Origin: Spirochaetia bacterium
Lineage (GTDB): Bacteria > Spirochaetota > Spirochaetia > UBA9216
DNA: 64,000 nt
Direction of reading: 5' to 3'
Assembly: GCA_963675665.1 (NCBI GenBank)
Contig: OY776510.1
Span: 544,001 to 608,000, forward strand
A program made the position numbers and the translations under genes. The notes beneath the pieces were generated by a model. That model was not told where the DNA came from and ran no database searches. It saw only the letters and a list, made by a program, of their open reading frames with translations. Positions 47,042 to 57,256 of the stretch are shown here, in pieces; the stretch's first letter is position 1; each line of letters starts with the position of its first letter.

Positions 47042-48121
47042 CTATTCGTTTATACCTTTGGTGCCTCTTTTCTTGAGATATTTATCCCAATAGAAGTAAT
47101 CAGCATTGTCTTTGGTTACAACTGCAAGTCCGTTATCAACAAAAGGTATTCCCATCGGGTTGTAACCGGCTGCTTCGAAATCATTCATCGGTTCAATCAT
47201 GTTCGGATGTGCTGCAAGATAAAGCATCAGCATTCCGTAGTAACCCTGTGTGCCCTGATTCGGGTTAAGAGCTGCATAGATATCGCCTTCTTTAAGCATA
47301 TCGAGAACCTTGGCATTGATGTCTACACACATTACCTTGATGCCGGTTCCGAGTTCCTTGGCCGCCTGTGCAGCGCCCATTCCTGAACTTGCTTCCGGCA
47401 TGAAAATACCACCGAGTTTCGGATGGGCCTGTGCCATGGTCATTACAGCCTGGTATGCCTTGTTCGGATCCTGGTTTGTTGCAGCTCTGGCAACTACCTT
47501 CATATTCGGATAAGTGCTTTCAATTCTGCTTACGAAAGATTTTACTCTCAGATCGTGGTTGTCCTGTCCCGGATTTTCAAGTACGGCTACTTCACCTTTC
47601 TCACCAAGAGCCTTGGCAATAGTATCGGCTGCATATTCACCTTCACGAACATTATCGGAAGTGATGTAGGAAACTCTCTTTGAGTTCGGAGAATCAGCGG
47701 CAAATGTAACAACAGGAATACCCATTTCGGCTGCTCTGTTGATAGGTTCAATAAATGCATCCGGATTCATCGGGTGAAGAAGAATACCGGCCGGTTTCTT
47801 TGCAAGAATCTGCTCAAATACTGCAAGCTGCTTGTTAACATCATACTCGGGAGTACCTGTATATACAGTTTTTACACCAAGCTGCCATGCACATTCTTTC
47901 ATCATTTCGTATACCGGGAACCAATATTCTACACCGGATACCATAACACACATATAGTAAGTTTCTGAAGGATCCCCGACAAACGGTGAATCTACACCTT
48001 CAGCCTCTGCGGCCGCGGAGGCTGCAGCTTCTTCTTTTGCACAGCCGGAAAACGCAAATGTTGCAATGATTGCCAGTATGATTAGAACAACAATCATACT
48101 TTTAGTTCTCATGTTTTTCAT
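47042..48121 (-). CDS. Sugar ABC substrate-binding lipoprotein
   Basis: FSGC lipobox, EYW, GIPVVTFAADSP..R..YI.SDN; ATG 48121 with GGAG. Confidence 0.93.
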   Translation of the reverse strand: MKNMRTKSMIVVLIILAIIATFAFSGCAKEEAAASAAAEAEGVDSPFVGDPSETYYMCVMVSGVEYWFPVYEMMKECAWQLGVKTVYTGTPEYDVNKQLAVFEQILAKKPAGILLHPMNPDAFIEPINRAAEMGIPVVTFAADSPNSKRVSYITSDNVREGEYAADTIAKALGEKGEVAVLENPGQDNHDLRVKSFVSRIESTYPNMKVVARAATNQDPNKAYQAVMTMAQAHPKLGGIFMPEASSGMGAAQAAKELGTGIKVMCVDINAKVLDMLKEGDIYAALNPNQGTQGYYGMLMLYLAAHPNMIEPMNDFEAAGYNPMGIPFVDNGLAVVTKDNADYFYWDKYLKKRGTKGINE

Positions 48122-48163
48122 AAACTCTCCTTTAAAGTTTTTCATGACATTCGTTAATTATAT

Positions 48164-48179
48164 TGCAACTATCGTGCCA
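48164..48179 (-). promoter_or_regulatory. sigma54 (-24/-12) promoter
   Basis: TGGCACGATAGTTGCA, an exact match to TGGCACG-N4-TTGCW. Confidence 0.88.
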
Positions 48180-48252
48180 ATCATGCCGATTCAGGATAAG
48201 TTACCGTTTTGAAAGAACTTAGCAGAACGGAATTTTCCTGATTAACAGAATG

Positions 48253-48303
48253 TGTTCAGATTTTGGACAAAAGGCCGGGTTTACACTGTACAATTGAAGT
48301 ACA
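48253..48303. promoter_or_regulatory. Candidate enhancer (UAS) pair
   Basis: Two 17-bp TGT-N11-ACA dyads: TGTTCAGATTTTGGACA (48253-48269) and TGTACAATTGAAGTACA (48287-48303). Confidence 0.5.
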
Positions 48304-48358
48304 CTTGAACGTTTTCGCTTTAATGCTTTTTGTATCCATGGTAAAGTATTGCCAGACA

Positions 48359-49654
48359 ATGAATAGAATTCTTATTATAGATGATAACCGGAAAATACTC
48401 GACACGCTTTCACGAAATTTCCTTTCGGAGGGCATTGAATGCCGCACGGCTGCCAATACCGCCGAAGGCATTGAAGCGCTGCAATGCTGCCCGATAGATC
48501 TGGCGCTTGTCGATATACGCATAGGAGATGAAAGCGGAATTGATGCGCTTATCGAAATAAAAAAACTGATACCTGATATCCCGGTTTTAATGATAACCGG
48601 GTTCGGTACAATTGAAACAGCTGTTGAAGCCATAAAACTGGGCGCCAGCGAATATATAAAAAAACCTGTTCGTTTTCCGGAGCTTCTGAAACAGGTAAAA
48701 CTCTTTCTTAAGGACGAACCGAGCGAGCTGCCTGCAATTCCGAACCTGCAGACGAAAAATCCGCAGATGATAGCATTGATAAAAAAAGCGATCAAACTTG
48801 CCCAGTCGAATCTTTCGGTACTGATACTCGGAGAAAGCGGAACCGGAAAAGAGGTTTTCGCCGATCTTATTCACCGAAATTCTCCGCGAACTGACAATCC
48901 CTTTCTGAGGGTAAACTGCGCAGCTTTTCCCGATACCCTTCTGGATAATGAGCTTTTCGGGCATGAAAAAGGGGCCTATACAGGCGCTGATGATAAATTC
49001 CAGGGTGTTTTTGAACGTGCTGATACAGGGACCCTCTTTCTTGATGAACTCGGCGACATGCCGCTGGCCATTCAGGCCAAAATCCTCAGGGCAATACAGG
49101 AACATGAAATAAGAAGACTGGGCGGCAAGGATATTATTAATATAGATGTAAGGTTTATAGGCGCAACTAATCATAATCTAGAGCAGATGGTAGCTGAAAA
49201 AAAATTCCGTCAGGATCTTTACTACAGGCTTAACTGTGCCGCCCTTAAGCTTCCGGCTTTACGGGAACGAAAAGAAGACATACCTATTCTGACGGAATAT
49301 ATTCTCAACCAGGTCACAACACCGGAACGGCGGGTAAGCCTTGCTCCGGAAACCATGGAGACGCTTCTGTCATATGACTGGCCGGGAAATATTCGTGAGC
49401 TTAAGGCCGCACTGAATTACGGAGCGACAATCTGCACCAACTCGGTAATAAGACCGGAAGATCTTCCCATGGGTGATCATCCGGTAAAAATGGCAAGCAG
49501 CGGACTTTCTCCCGGGCAGGCTGTCGAGAGAGAGCTTTTTTTAAAAACCCTGATAAAACACGGGTTTAATAAAAAAAAGGCGGCTGAAGAGCTTGGAATC
49601 TCACGAACGACATTATACAGCAAAATGAACAAATACGGTATCAATGACCAGTAA
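48359..49654 (+). CDS. NtrC-family sigma54-dependent response regulator (REC-AAA+-Fis HTH)
   Basis: ILIIDD, LVDIRI, ITGFG, KP; GESGTGKE, GAYTGA, LFLDE, FRQDLYYRL, WPGNIREL, AAEELGISRTTLY; ATG 48359. Confidence 0.95.
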   Translation: MNRILIIDDNRKILDTLSRNFLSEGIECRTAANTAEGIEALQCCPIDLALVDIRIGDESGIDALIEIKKLIPDIPVLMITGFGTIETAVEAIKLGASEYIKKPVRFPELLKQVKLFLKDEPSELPAIPNLQTKNPQMIALIKKAIKLAQSNLSVLILGESGTGKEVFADLIHRNSPRTDNPFLRVNCAAFPDTLLDNELFGHEKGAYTGADDKFQGVFERADTGTLFLDELGDMPLAIQAKILRAIQEHEIRRLGGKDIINIDVRFIGATNHNLEQMVAEKKFRQDLYYRLNCAALKLPALRERKEDIPILTEYILNQVTTPERRVSLAPETMETLLSYDWPGNIRELKAALNYGATICTNSVIRPEDLPMGDHPVKMASSGLSPGQAVERELFLKTLIKHGFNKKKAAEELGISRTTLYSKMNKYGINDQ

Positions 49655-51482
49655 CGAACATGAGAACATAATAAAACTGAATAATATTTCCCTTAAATAC
49701 GGCCAGTTCAACGCTCTTAAAAACATAGACTTCACAATCAGAAAATCGGAGATTCACGCTGTAATAGGAGAACACGGGGCCGGAAAATCATCTCTGGCAC
49801 AGATTCTCAGCGGATACATAAAACCCGACGACGGTATTTTTCTTTGGAAAAATAATCCGGTCCAGCTGTCTTCACCCCAGGAAGCCAAGGAACTTGGTAT
49901 TGAGATTGTGATGCAGGAAATTGAACAGTATGAGCGTCTTTCCCTGTCGCAGAATCTCTTTGGAAACAGCCCGGATTTTTTTAAAAAGAAGTTTTTCACA
50001 CGCAAGGAGCTGAACAGAAAAACCGATGAATATTTCGGTTCGCTGGGTTTTTCATCCTTTTCCGGCGCCCAGAAAATTTACAGCCTCAAGGATACCGAAA
50101 AAGTTCTGCTTGAATTGTTAAAACACCTGCTGCCCCGACCCGATCTGCTGATACTGGACGAGACCTTCGAAAAAATGACCGCAGTGGATCTTAACAAGAT
50201 GATTCCTGTTCTGAAAGAACGAAAGGCTGAAGGTCTTGGAATCCTCTTTATTACTCACCGAATCGATGATGTTTACACCTTTGCCGATCGCGTTACCGTT
50301 ATACGAAACGGCAGAATTCTGACAACAGAATCGGTTAAAAACATCGATAAAATCAATCTTATCAAACTGGCCTACACCCAGGTTGTTCAGGAAAGCAGTC
50401 TCGATACGACAACACAGGAGTTCTACCAGCTTCTTAAATACAACAGGGCAATTCTTGAAACCCTGCCCGTTAACCTTATTGTCGTGGATGAAAACAGGAT
50501 TCTCAGACTGCTTAACAATAACGCTAAAAACTATTTCAGCATCGGAGACACCCCGGCTCTCGGCATACCTCTTAAAAAGCTTGATATCATCACTTCAAAT
50601 GATAAATTATACGAACAGATCCGGGCATCAATGGACAAGCGCAGGCTTGAGACCTTTACTACAAGACTGAAACATCACGACGGAAGGGAAACAATAAATT
50701 TTGTCACCGTCTACCCTATTTATGACGGTGTTTTGTTTATAGGCAGTATGATAATAATAAGCGACATTACGGAACAGGAGAGCCTGCGCGAAAAGCTTGA
50801 TTTTTCCGAACGCCTTGGATCCGTCGGACTGCTGGCGGCAGGAGTTTCGCATGAAATAAATAATCCTCTTGAAATCATAATGAACGAGGTAGATTATCTT
50901 CGAAAGACCTTGCCCGAGGGCGAACAACAAACAGTGCTTGATAATATTGAAGAAGAAGTCGGCAGCATTGAACAGATCGTAAGCAGCCTTGCAACCTTTT
51001 CAGACAGCTCGGCGCCGAAAACTGAAGACCTTGATCTCACGCCTCTTCTTACGCACATCCTGAACCTTGTCAAACATAATGCCGTACACAGGAATATCAT
51101 AATCAGTTTCACCGCGCCGGATGAAAAGATGATGCTAAGCTGCAACAGAACCGAAATCAAACAGATAATACTCAACCTGATAAGAAACAGTTTTGAAGCA
51201 ATTCATACCGACGGTATGCTCGAAGCAAGTCTTTCAAAAACAGTAATTGACAACAAGTCCTGGATTATGCTGATTTTCAGAGACACCGGACCCGGCATTA
51301 ACGATGATGATGCAAAAAAAATCTTTCTTCCGTTCTTTTCGAAAAAAACCGCTTCCGGTAATAATATGGGCCTTGGACTTTCTGTTTCCTACGGCATTAT
51401 AAACAAAATGAACGGTAAAATCAGCGTAGAGAACCATCCCGATGGCGGCTGCAAATTCACCATTCTGCTTCCTGCATCATAA
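49644..51482 (+). CDS. Soluble histidine kinase with an N-terminal sugar-ABC ATPase domain (NBD-PAS-HisKA-HATPase)
   Basis: GEHGAGKS, GIEIVMQE, LLILDE, FITHRIDDV..FADRVTVIRNG; PAS-like ILETLPVNLIVVD; SHEINNPL, NLIRNS, DTGPGI, FLPFFS, GLGLS; no TM. Confidence 0.92.
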   Translation: MTSNEHENIIKLNNISLKYGQFNALKNIDFTIRKSEIHAVIGEHGAGKSSLAQILSGYIKPDDGIFLWKNNPVQLSSPQEAKELGIEIVMQEIEQYERLSLSQNLFGNSPDFFKKKFFTRKELNRKTDEYFGSLGFSSFSGAQKIYSLKDTEKVLLELLKHLLPRPDLLILDETFEKMTAVDLNKMIPVLKERKAEGLGILFITHRIDDVYTFADRVTVIRNGRILTTESVKNIDKINLIKLAYTQVVQESSLDTTTQEFYQLLKYNRAILETLPVNLIVVDENRILRLLNNNAKNYFSIGDTPALGIPLKKLDIITSNDKLYEQIRASMDKRRLETFTTRLKHHDGRETINFVTVYPIYDGVLFIGSMIIISDITEQESLREKLDFSERLGSVGLLAAGVSHEINNPLEIIMNEVDYLRKTLPEGEQQTVLDNIEEEVGSIEQIVSSLATFSDSSAPKTEDLDLTPLLTHILNLVKHNAVHRNIIISFTAPDEKMMLSCNRTEIKQIILNLIRNSFEAIHTDGMLEASLSKTVIDNKSWIMLIFRDTGPGINDDDAKKIFLPFFSKKTASGNNMGLGLSVSYGIINKMNGKISVENHPDGGCKFTILLPAS

Positions 51483-51612
51483 TCAAACTCATCCTGATAA
51501 CCTTTCATGGATAGATAATCACCGAAAAGTATAATTTTGTAATATAAAATTTGTTTTGTTATATAAATTCCTCTTTACGGTTTGTCGCTTCTGTTATATA
51601 CTGAAAATTGTC

Positions 51613-52518
51613 ATGGATATTGTCAACAACAAACTGAAACATATTCTGCCTACAGGTTTTCTCTGTGCGGAAGTTCCCTACTGGGTAAAAGAGGAAGGCG
51701 CTGTCTATTTCTCCGATACCGAAAACCCGAGAATTGCAAAATATACACCGAAAACTGAAGAGCTGGAAATCATCTATGTTCCGTATAATTTTCAATGTCT
51801 TGCCAAATGCGAAAACGGCAGCTGGATCGGAACGGTCACGAACGGCGTGGTCATATGGAACCAGAAGAAGAACACTTGCCGGTATCTCGGAAATCCTGAA
51901 TACGGAAAAGCATCATTTTATCTGAATGACGGAACGGTCGACAGGAAAGGACGGTTTCTCTTCGGCTCGTTTGACATGGACAACCTTGAAGGGCACGGCG
52001 GCTCCGTTTACATGGTCGATCAGAATCTTGAAATAAAACGGCTTGCATCAGGCTTTTCCGTCTGCAACGGAATGGTTTTCAGCCGCGACAATAGAAAATT
52101 TTATATGAGCGAACAATTCGGCGGCCGGATACTGGAGTTTGACTGGGATGAAGAAAGGTGTGAATTATCAAATCAAAAAGCCCTTTATAATTTGCCTGCA
52201 GACAAAGGGCTGCCTGACGGTCTGATAATGGATTCGGAGGGGATGCTCTGGGTTGCACACTGGTGGGGATGGCAGCTTTCAAGAATATCTCCCGAAGGCT
52301 CGGTACTGGCCGAAATACCGATGCCGGTAAAAACTCCTACCTGCATGGCATTTATCGGAGAGAAACTTGATAAATTATTTATAACCACTGCAATTAAAGC
52401 TGTTGATGAGCAGGACCTTAAAAAAGGACCGCAGGCGGGAGATATATTTCAAATTGAACTGGATGTACCCGGGATTGAAGAAACCCGGTTTAAATATCTG
52501 AACAACGGAGGAAAATAA
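51613..52518 (+). CDS. SMP-30/gluconolactonase family sugar lactonase
   Basis: AEVPYW, LNDGTVD, CNGMVFS, PDGL..DSEG, PT..AF.G. Confidence 0.9.
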   Translation: MDIVNNKLKHILPTGFLCAEVPYWVKEEGAVYFSDTENPRIAKYTPKTEELEIIYVPYNFQCLAKCENGSWIGTVTNGVVIWNQKKNTCRYLGNPEYGKASFYLNDGTVDRKGRFLFGSFDMDNLEGHGGSVYMVDQNLEIKRLASGFSVCNGMVFSRDNRKFYMSEQFGGRILEFDWDEERCELSNQKALYNLPADKGLPDGLIMDSEGMLWVAHWWGWQLSRISPEGSVLAEIPMPVKTPTCMAFIGEKLDKLFITTAIKAVDEQDLKKGPQAGDIFQIELDVPGIEETRFKYLNNGGK

Positions 52519-53264
52519 TGGGTGATTCATTAAAAGGAAAAGTTGCTGTAATCAGCGGTGTCGCATCCGGATTCGCAAAAGCAACAGCAGAACTTTTTGC
52601 AAAAAAGGACCAGTGCAGCCTTGTGCTTATCGACATCGACGAAAAAGGACTGGAGGCCACCACAGAGAACTGCAGAAAATCAGGATCTGATGTACTGGTT
52701 ATTCAGGGGGACGTAATAAAGAGCGGTTTCTTTGATGATGTTGCAGCACAGACAAAAAGCAAATTCGGCAAATGCGATTGCCTGATAAACTATGCCGGCG
52801 GAGCAGTGAGGCTGGAACCTATAGAAACCATGACGGATGAGATATATGACAAGGTCATGAATCTAAACATGAAAAGCACACTGAGCTCATGCCGTGCATT
52901 TACCCCATTGCTGAAAACCCAGGGATACGGAAGAATAGTTAATGTTTCTTCGGTATGCGACAGACGCTCATGGCCCACCTGGTCGGTATATTCGGCAGCC
53001 AAGGCCGCTGTTAATGCTTTCAGCAAATGCCTTTATACCGAATTAAGACCGCATGGTATCGGAGTAACTCTACTGGTTCCCGGCGGTTCAAATACGGGAT
53101 TTCAGAAGGCTGAAAATGTTGATAAATTCGAATGGGATGAATCAATGGCTGTCCGCCCGGAGCATTTCGCCGATATGGTCTATGCAGCATGCACCCTGAC
53201 TAAGGGAGGCTGCGTATCCGAGATGGCTGTCTACGGCCTTGCCCAGGATATATCGGGGTTCTAA
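52518..53264 (+). CDS. Short-chain dehydrogenase/reductase
   Basis: SGVASGFA (divergent Gly motif), NYAG, NVSS, YSAAK, PGG. Confidence 0.88.
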   Translation: MGDSLKGKVAVISGVASGFAKATAELFAKKDQCSLVLIDIDEKGLEATTENCRKSGSDVLVIQGDVIKSGFFDDVAAQTKSKFGKCDCLINYAGGAVRLEPIETMTDEIYDKVMNLNMKSTLSSCRAFTPLLKTQGYGRIVNVSSVCDRRSWPTWSVYSAAKAAVNAFSKCLYTELRPHGIGVTLLVPGGSNTGFQKAENVDKFEWDESMAVRPEHFADMVYAACTLTKGGCVSEMAVYGLAQDISGF

Positions 53265-53292
53265 GCCTTAACAATTTTGTCTGCCGACGATG

Positions 53293-53329
53293 ATAAAACC
53301 TGTTCCGATCTTGTGCGGACAGGTTTTAT
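53293..53329 (+). terminator. Intrinsic terminator
   Basis: ATAAAACCTGT...ACAGGTTTTAT followed by T-rich tail. Confidence 0.65.
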
Positions 53330-53353
53330 TTATTACAATCATCCGGACGAACA

Positions 53354-54136
53354 ATGAGTGAGCATAACGAAGGCAAAGGCAAATATATTATACCCAATCT
53401 CTGGAGAGCTATAGAGCTTCTTGAATATCTGGCGGATAATCCCGAAGGACTCACAATCAGCGAGCTTGCAGATGCGCTGAGCCTTCCGACTAATTCCGTT
53501 TTCAGAATTCTGCGAACATTATCTGCAAAAGAGTATGTTATTCAAAAGCACAAACGCTACAGTGTCAGCAGCAAATTGTTTGCCCTCGGCGCTCATGCAA
53601 TAGCAGAAGAATCGCTTTTTGAAAAAATAACTCCGGTCATGAGGGATCTGCGCGACGAGCTTAAGGAAACTGTGATATTTGGAAAACTTTCAGGTCATAA
53701 CGGCGTGATTCTTGAACAGATGCAGGGACTTTTCCCTGTAAAAGTCGTTGTAGAAGTAGGATACAATTTTCCGCTTCACTGTTCCGCACCTGCAAAGGCC
53801 ATTATGGCCTTTCTTCCCGAACCAGAAAAACAGACGGTACTTGAACATTGCACTTTTCAAAAATATACGGAAAACACAATCACTGACAGAAAAAGTTTAA
53901 TCCATGAACTTGAACAGGTTGCCTTAAACGGATACGCACTGGATATGGAAGAAGCCGATTATGACGTACGCTGTATAAGCGCTCCCATTCTGAACGTCAG
54001 AGGTTATCCGGTTGCAGCGTTGTGGATTACCGGCCCCGTATCACGCTTATGCACAGAAACATGCCGAAAGTATGCCGATATACTAAAAGTAACCTGCAGC
54101 GAGGTTTCCCGGTCCATAGGATTCACCCACGCATAA
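53354..54136 (+). CDS. IclR-family transcriptional regulator
   Basis: RAIELLEYL...SVFRILRTL HTH; PLHCSAPAKA; GYALD.EE...CISAPI. Confidence 0.94.
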   Translation: MSEHNEGKGKYIIPNLWRAIELLEYLADNPEGLTISELADALSLPTNSVFRILRTLSAKEYVIQKHKRYSVSSKLFALGAHAIAEESLFEKITPVMRDLRDELKETVIFGKLSGHNGVILEQMQGLFPVKVVVEVGYNFPLHCSAPAKAIMAFLPEPEKQTVLEHCTFQKYTENTITDRKSLIHELEQVALNGYALDMEEADYDVRCISAPILNVRGYPVAALWITGPVSRLCTETCRKYADILKVTCSEVSRSIGFTHA

Positions 54137-54139
54137 AAT

Positions 54140-55090
54140 TTAAATCAGCTTTTCTACAGCTTTTGCCGTTTGCTCATCAATAATAAGATAATCAAGTATA
54201 CCCGTCTTCAGCCCCGCGACTATCGAATACTGTTTTTCAATACCGGCGACAAGGCAAACCACTTTTTCCGTATTTCCAAGCTGTTCGGGGGTACATGCAA
54301 GCAACAGCTCCGAATCTGGCCCTTTCAGGAATTTGCCCTCTGCGGAAACAGGCCACCCGCAGATGTCTCCGATCGCGTTTTTAAATTCGGGTGAATCCCT
54401 GAATTTATCGCTATTTTTGCCGGATTCTCCAAGCACACTGCCGGAAGATTTTTCCCCGATTGAAATAACAGCGATATTAAGTTCACTCCACAACCGGCTT
54501 ATCCGCTGCATCATCGCGCTGCTTTTATACAGCTGCAAATCATCTTCAGAGTCCGCTATTGCCGGCGCGTGAAGGAAATGCGGCGTTGCATTAAGCTTTT
54601 CCGCAAAATCCCGTACCATTTCATTCAGCTGATAGCGCTTCATGGGTCTGTTGCTTCCTCCGATCAGCGGTACGGCATTTATTTTCAGATAATTATGATC
54701 ACTGTAATACTGAGACATAAATTCATAACATGTCCGGCCCCAGGCAACCCCGACCGTATCCTGTTCATTAAGCAAATCATTGAAAACATCTACTGCACGT
54801 TCAGCAACAAGCCGGATGAGCATTTCCGAATTTTTAACTGCAGTAGGTACTACATAGCAATGCTTAAGACCGAAGCATTGCTCAAAAAGACTGCTTAGCT
54901 CGTCATTATTTCCCATCGGGTTTCTTAATTTGATTTCAACAAGACCTTCGTTTCTTGCTTCAGTCAGAAACATGGAAATTGAGGATCTTGACCTGTTTAC
55001 TACTGCCGCTATCTCATCCTGTTTTTTACCTTCCAGGTAATACATCCTGGCAACATTATACAACAGCTGTTTATCAACTTTGGTTTTCAT
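54140..55090 (-). CDS. SorC/LsrR-type sugar-binding transcriptional regulator
   Basis: ARMYYLEG..QDEIA, GVAWGRT, PLIGG, GDICG, AGIEK, LIIDE. Confidence 0.92.
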   Translation of the reverse strand: MKTKVDKQLLYNVARMYYLEGKKQDEIAAVVNRSRSSISMFLTEARNEGLVEIKLRNPMGNNDELSSLFEQCFGLKHCYVVPTAVKNSEMLIRLVAERAVDVFNDLLNEQDTVGVAWGRTCYEFMSQYYSDHNYLKINAVPLIGGSNRPMKRYQLNEMVRDFAEKLNATPHFLHAPAIADSEDDLQLYKSSAMMQRISRLWSELNIAVISIGEKSSGSVLGESGKNSDKFRDSPEFKNAIGDICGWPVSAEGKFLKGPDSELLLACTPEQLGNTEKVVCLVAGIEKQYSIVAGLKTGILDYLIIDEQTAKAVEKLI

Positions 55091-55099
55091 AAGTTTCTC

Positions 55100-56572
55100 T
55101 CAAAGATTTTTCAGTGCATTAACATATTTTAAGAAATTATCATACTTTTGAGAATATATCTCTGCAAGTTCTGGATTAGGCTGTACAATCCGTGAGACTC
55201 GGACCATTTTATTTGTTGCCGCTTCAAAGCTTTCATACTCTCCGGCGCCTACAGCAGCTCCGATTGCAGCCCCGAGGGTACCAATCTCTTCAGCTTCGGT
55301 AATTTCTATAGGCATCTTCAGAATATCAGCAAACATCTGAACCCAGACATCGGATTTTGATACACCGCCTGAAATCCTGACGCTTCGGACCGGTCCCCTG
55401 TGAGGGAACAGCCTGTCGAGATGCAGTTTATGACCGAAAACAACCCCTTCATAGACAGCACGAAGCATATGTGCTTTTGTATGCCAGCCGTTAAGACCGA
55501 TAAAACATGACGAAAGATCTCCAACGCTGCTGGCAAACAGAAAAGGAAAAAACACGACAGCAGAATCTTCCGGCTTCATCGAATCAACAATCCTGTTGAT
55601 TTCATCATAGCTTTCACCGTTCATCAGGTTTTTTATAAACCACTCAAGGTTTGTGGCTGAGGTAGCGCTTGCCTCCGTCACAAGCCAGTATCCCGGAATT
55701 CCGTAAATACTCGTCATAAAAAGCTCTTTTGATCCAACCGGTTTCTTACTTATAAACTGGTTAATACTCCAGGTTCCTGCAACTATACTCAAATCCTGAT
55801 CATCCGTCAGACCGGTAGCTATTGCGCATGCGTCTATATCAAAAAACCCGCCCATTACCGGCGTGCCTGCAATCAACCCGGTTTGCCCGGCAACTTCTTC
55901 AGTTATTTTTCCGCAAATATCAGTAGATTTTCGCAGCGGTGGAAGTTTATCCTTAAATTCTCTGATTCCGAAATCATCCAGAAGCTCATCGTCGTAATCA
56001 ACTTTAATAACATTAACAAGATTTGTACCTGAATAATCAGTTATCTCGGCGAAAGCCTCTCCTGTAAGTTTAAAGCGGATAAAATCCTTGCACATCAGGA
56101 TCCAGCGTGTTTTTTGCAGATCCTCGGGCCTGTTCTCACGAAACCAGTTCAGAAGGGATACCGGCTGTGCGGCCCAGATAGACTGTAGGGTTTTTTTATT
56201 TATTTTTTCGAATGTTCCGTCACTGTACCATTTATCAACCCATTTCTTTGCCCGGCTGTCGGTAGAAATTATACCGTTACCTACTGAATTACCATCTGAA
56301 TCAACAAGGAACATTCCATTACCGTGACCTGTGGGGGCAATACCTGCAATATCTTCAGGATCAACTCCGCTGTTTCTGACAACCTCGGCAATTGCTTCAA
56401 GGTTTGCTGTCCAGAATTCTTTCATATCCTTTTCGGTATGACCGGGTTCAGGATATATCATTTCAATTTTTCTGCTTGCAAGAGCCAGCTCATTCCCTTT
56501 ATTATCATAAAGAGCAACCTTGCAGACGGTTCCTCCGTTATCAATTCCCATAAAATATCTGCTCATAAACAC
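55100..56572 (-). CDS. FGGY carbohydrate kinase (L-xylulokinase LyxK-like)
   Basis: GIDNGGT, GHGNG, STDSRA, CKDFIR, AGTWSIN, YEGVVF, SGG. Confidence 0.88.
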   Translation of the reverse strand: MFMSRYFMGIDNGGTVCKVALYDNKGNELALASRKIEMIYPEPGHTEKDMKEFWTANLEAIAEVVRNSGVDPEDIAGIAPTGHGNGMFLVDSDGNSVGNGIISTDSRAKKWVDKWYSDGTFEKINKKTLQSIWAAQPVSLLNWFRENRPEDLQKTRWILMCKDFIRFKLTGEAFAEITDYSGTNLVNVIKVDYDDELLDDFGIREFKDKLPPLRKSTDICGKITEEVAGQTGLIAGTPVMGGFFDIDACAIATGLTDDQDLSIVAGTWSINQFISKKPVGSKELFMTSIYGIPGYWLVTEASATSATNLEWFIKNLMNGESYDEINRIVDSMKPEDSAVVFFPFLFASSVGDLSSCFIGLNGWHTKAHMLRAVYEGVVFGHKLHLDRLFPHRGPVRSVRISGGVSKSDVWVQMFADILKMPIEITEAEEIGTLGAAIGAAVGAGEYESFEAATNKMVRVSRIVQPNPELAEIYSQKYDNFLKYVNALKNL

Positions 56573-56718
56573 TCCCGGATTTCAAGTAAATGTTGTTTAT
56601 ATTAACATATTTCATGACATTCTTCAAGTAAACATTTACATTCAAACTATTTAGCCGGGTCATGAACAGAGAACCGCAGTATTCGGCAAGCTTATTTCAG
56701 ACTGGTTGATTACGGAAA

Positions 56719-57198
56719 TTACTTTATAAAATAGCCTTCGGTTATTCTAAGAAGCTTCCCCGCCTGCGGATTCATTTCCTTAAGCTTTTCCACTTCTTCT
56801 TCAGTAAGTAATTTAAAAGTGTCCCTTTTGCTGTTTACAGTACATAAAAAACCGAACGGCTCAAGGCCTGTATTTATCAGCTGATGCGCATGCCAGGCCG
56901 GAATTTTAATCATATCGAAAGGGTTAACGGTATAAATCTCGTTTTCAACAATTACTGTTCCGGTTCCCCTCAGAACAACAACAATATGAACATGCTCATG
57001 CTTTTCCAGCGTGGTGTGTCCTTCCAGTCCGCATTCAAAATATCTGACATCAAAAGCTGCAGCATCTTCGCCTTTAAAAATATTCTGGCGCATAACATTG
57101 TCGAATGTGGGCTTATCTTTTTCAGAAGACGGCTTATACTCAATTCTGTCAATTTTGTCCCATGTAAAATTATCACATTGAAAATAATTATCTTTCAT
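56719..57198 (-). CDS. Cupin, resembling methylthioxylulose-5-phosphate methylsulfurylase
   Basis: W....YK....F..V.RQ..F...RYFE....HTTLEKHEHVH....RG.G...P.D...IP.W..HQ.....GFLC.VN..RD. Confidence 0.75.
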   Translation of the reverse strand: MKDNYFQCDNFTWDKIDRIEYKPSSEKDKPTFDNVMRQNIFKGEDAAAFDVRYFECGLEGHTTLEKHEHVHIVVVLRGTGTVIVENEIYTVNPFDMIKIPAWHAHQLINTGLEPFGFLCTVNSKRDTFKLLTEEEVEKLKEMNPQAGKLLRITEGYFIK

Positions 57199-57256
57199 TT
57201 TTTCCCCTTGATTAATCAGAAAAAACGGCTGCCTGATTTCAAACAGCCGTGGACGG

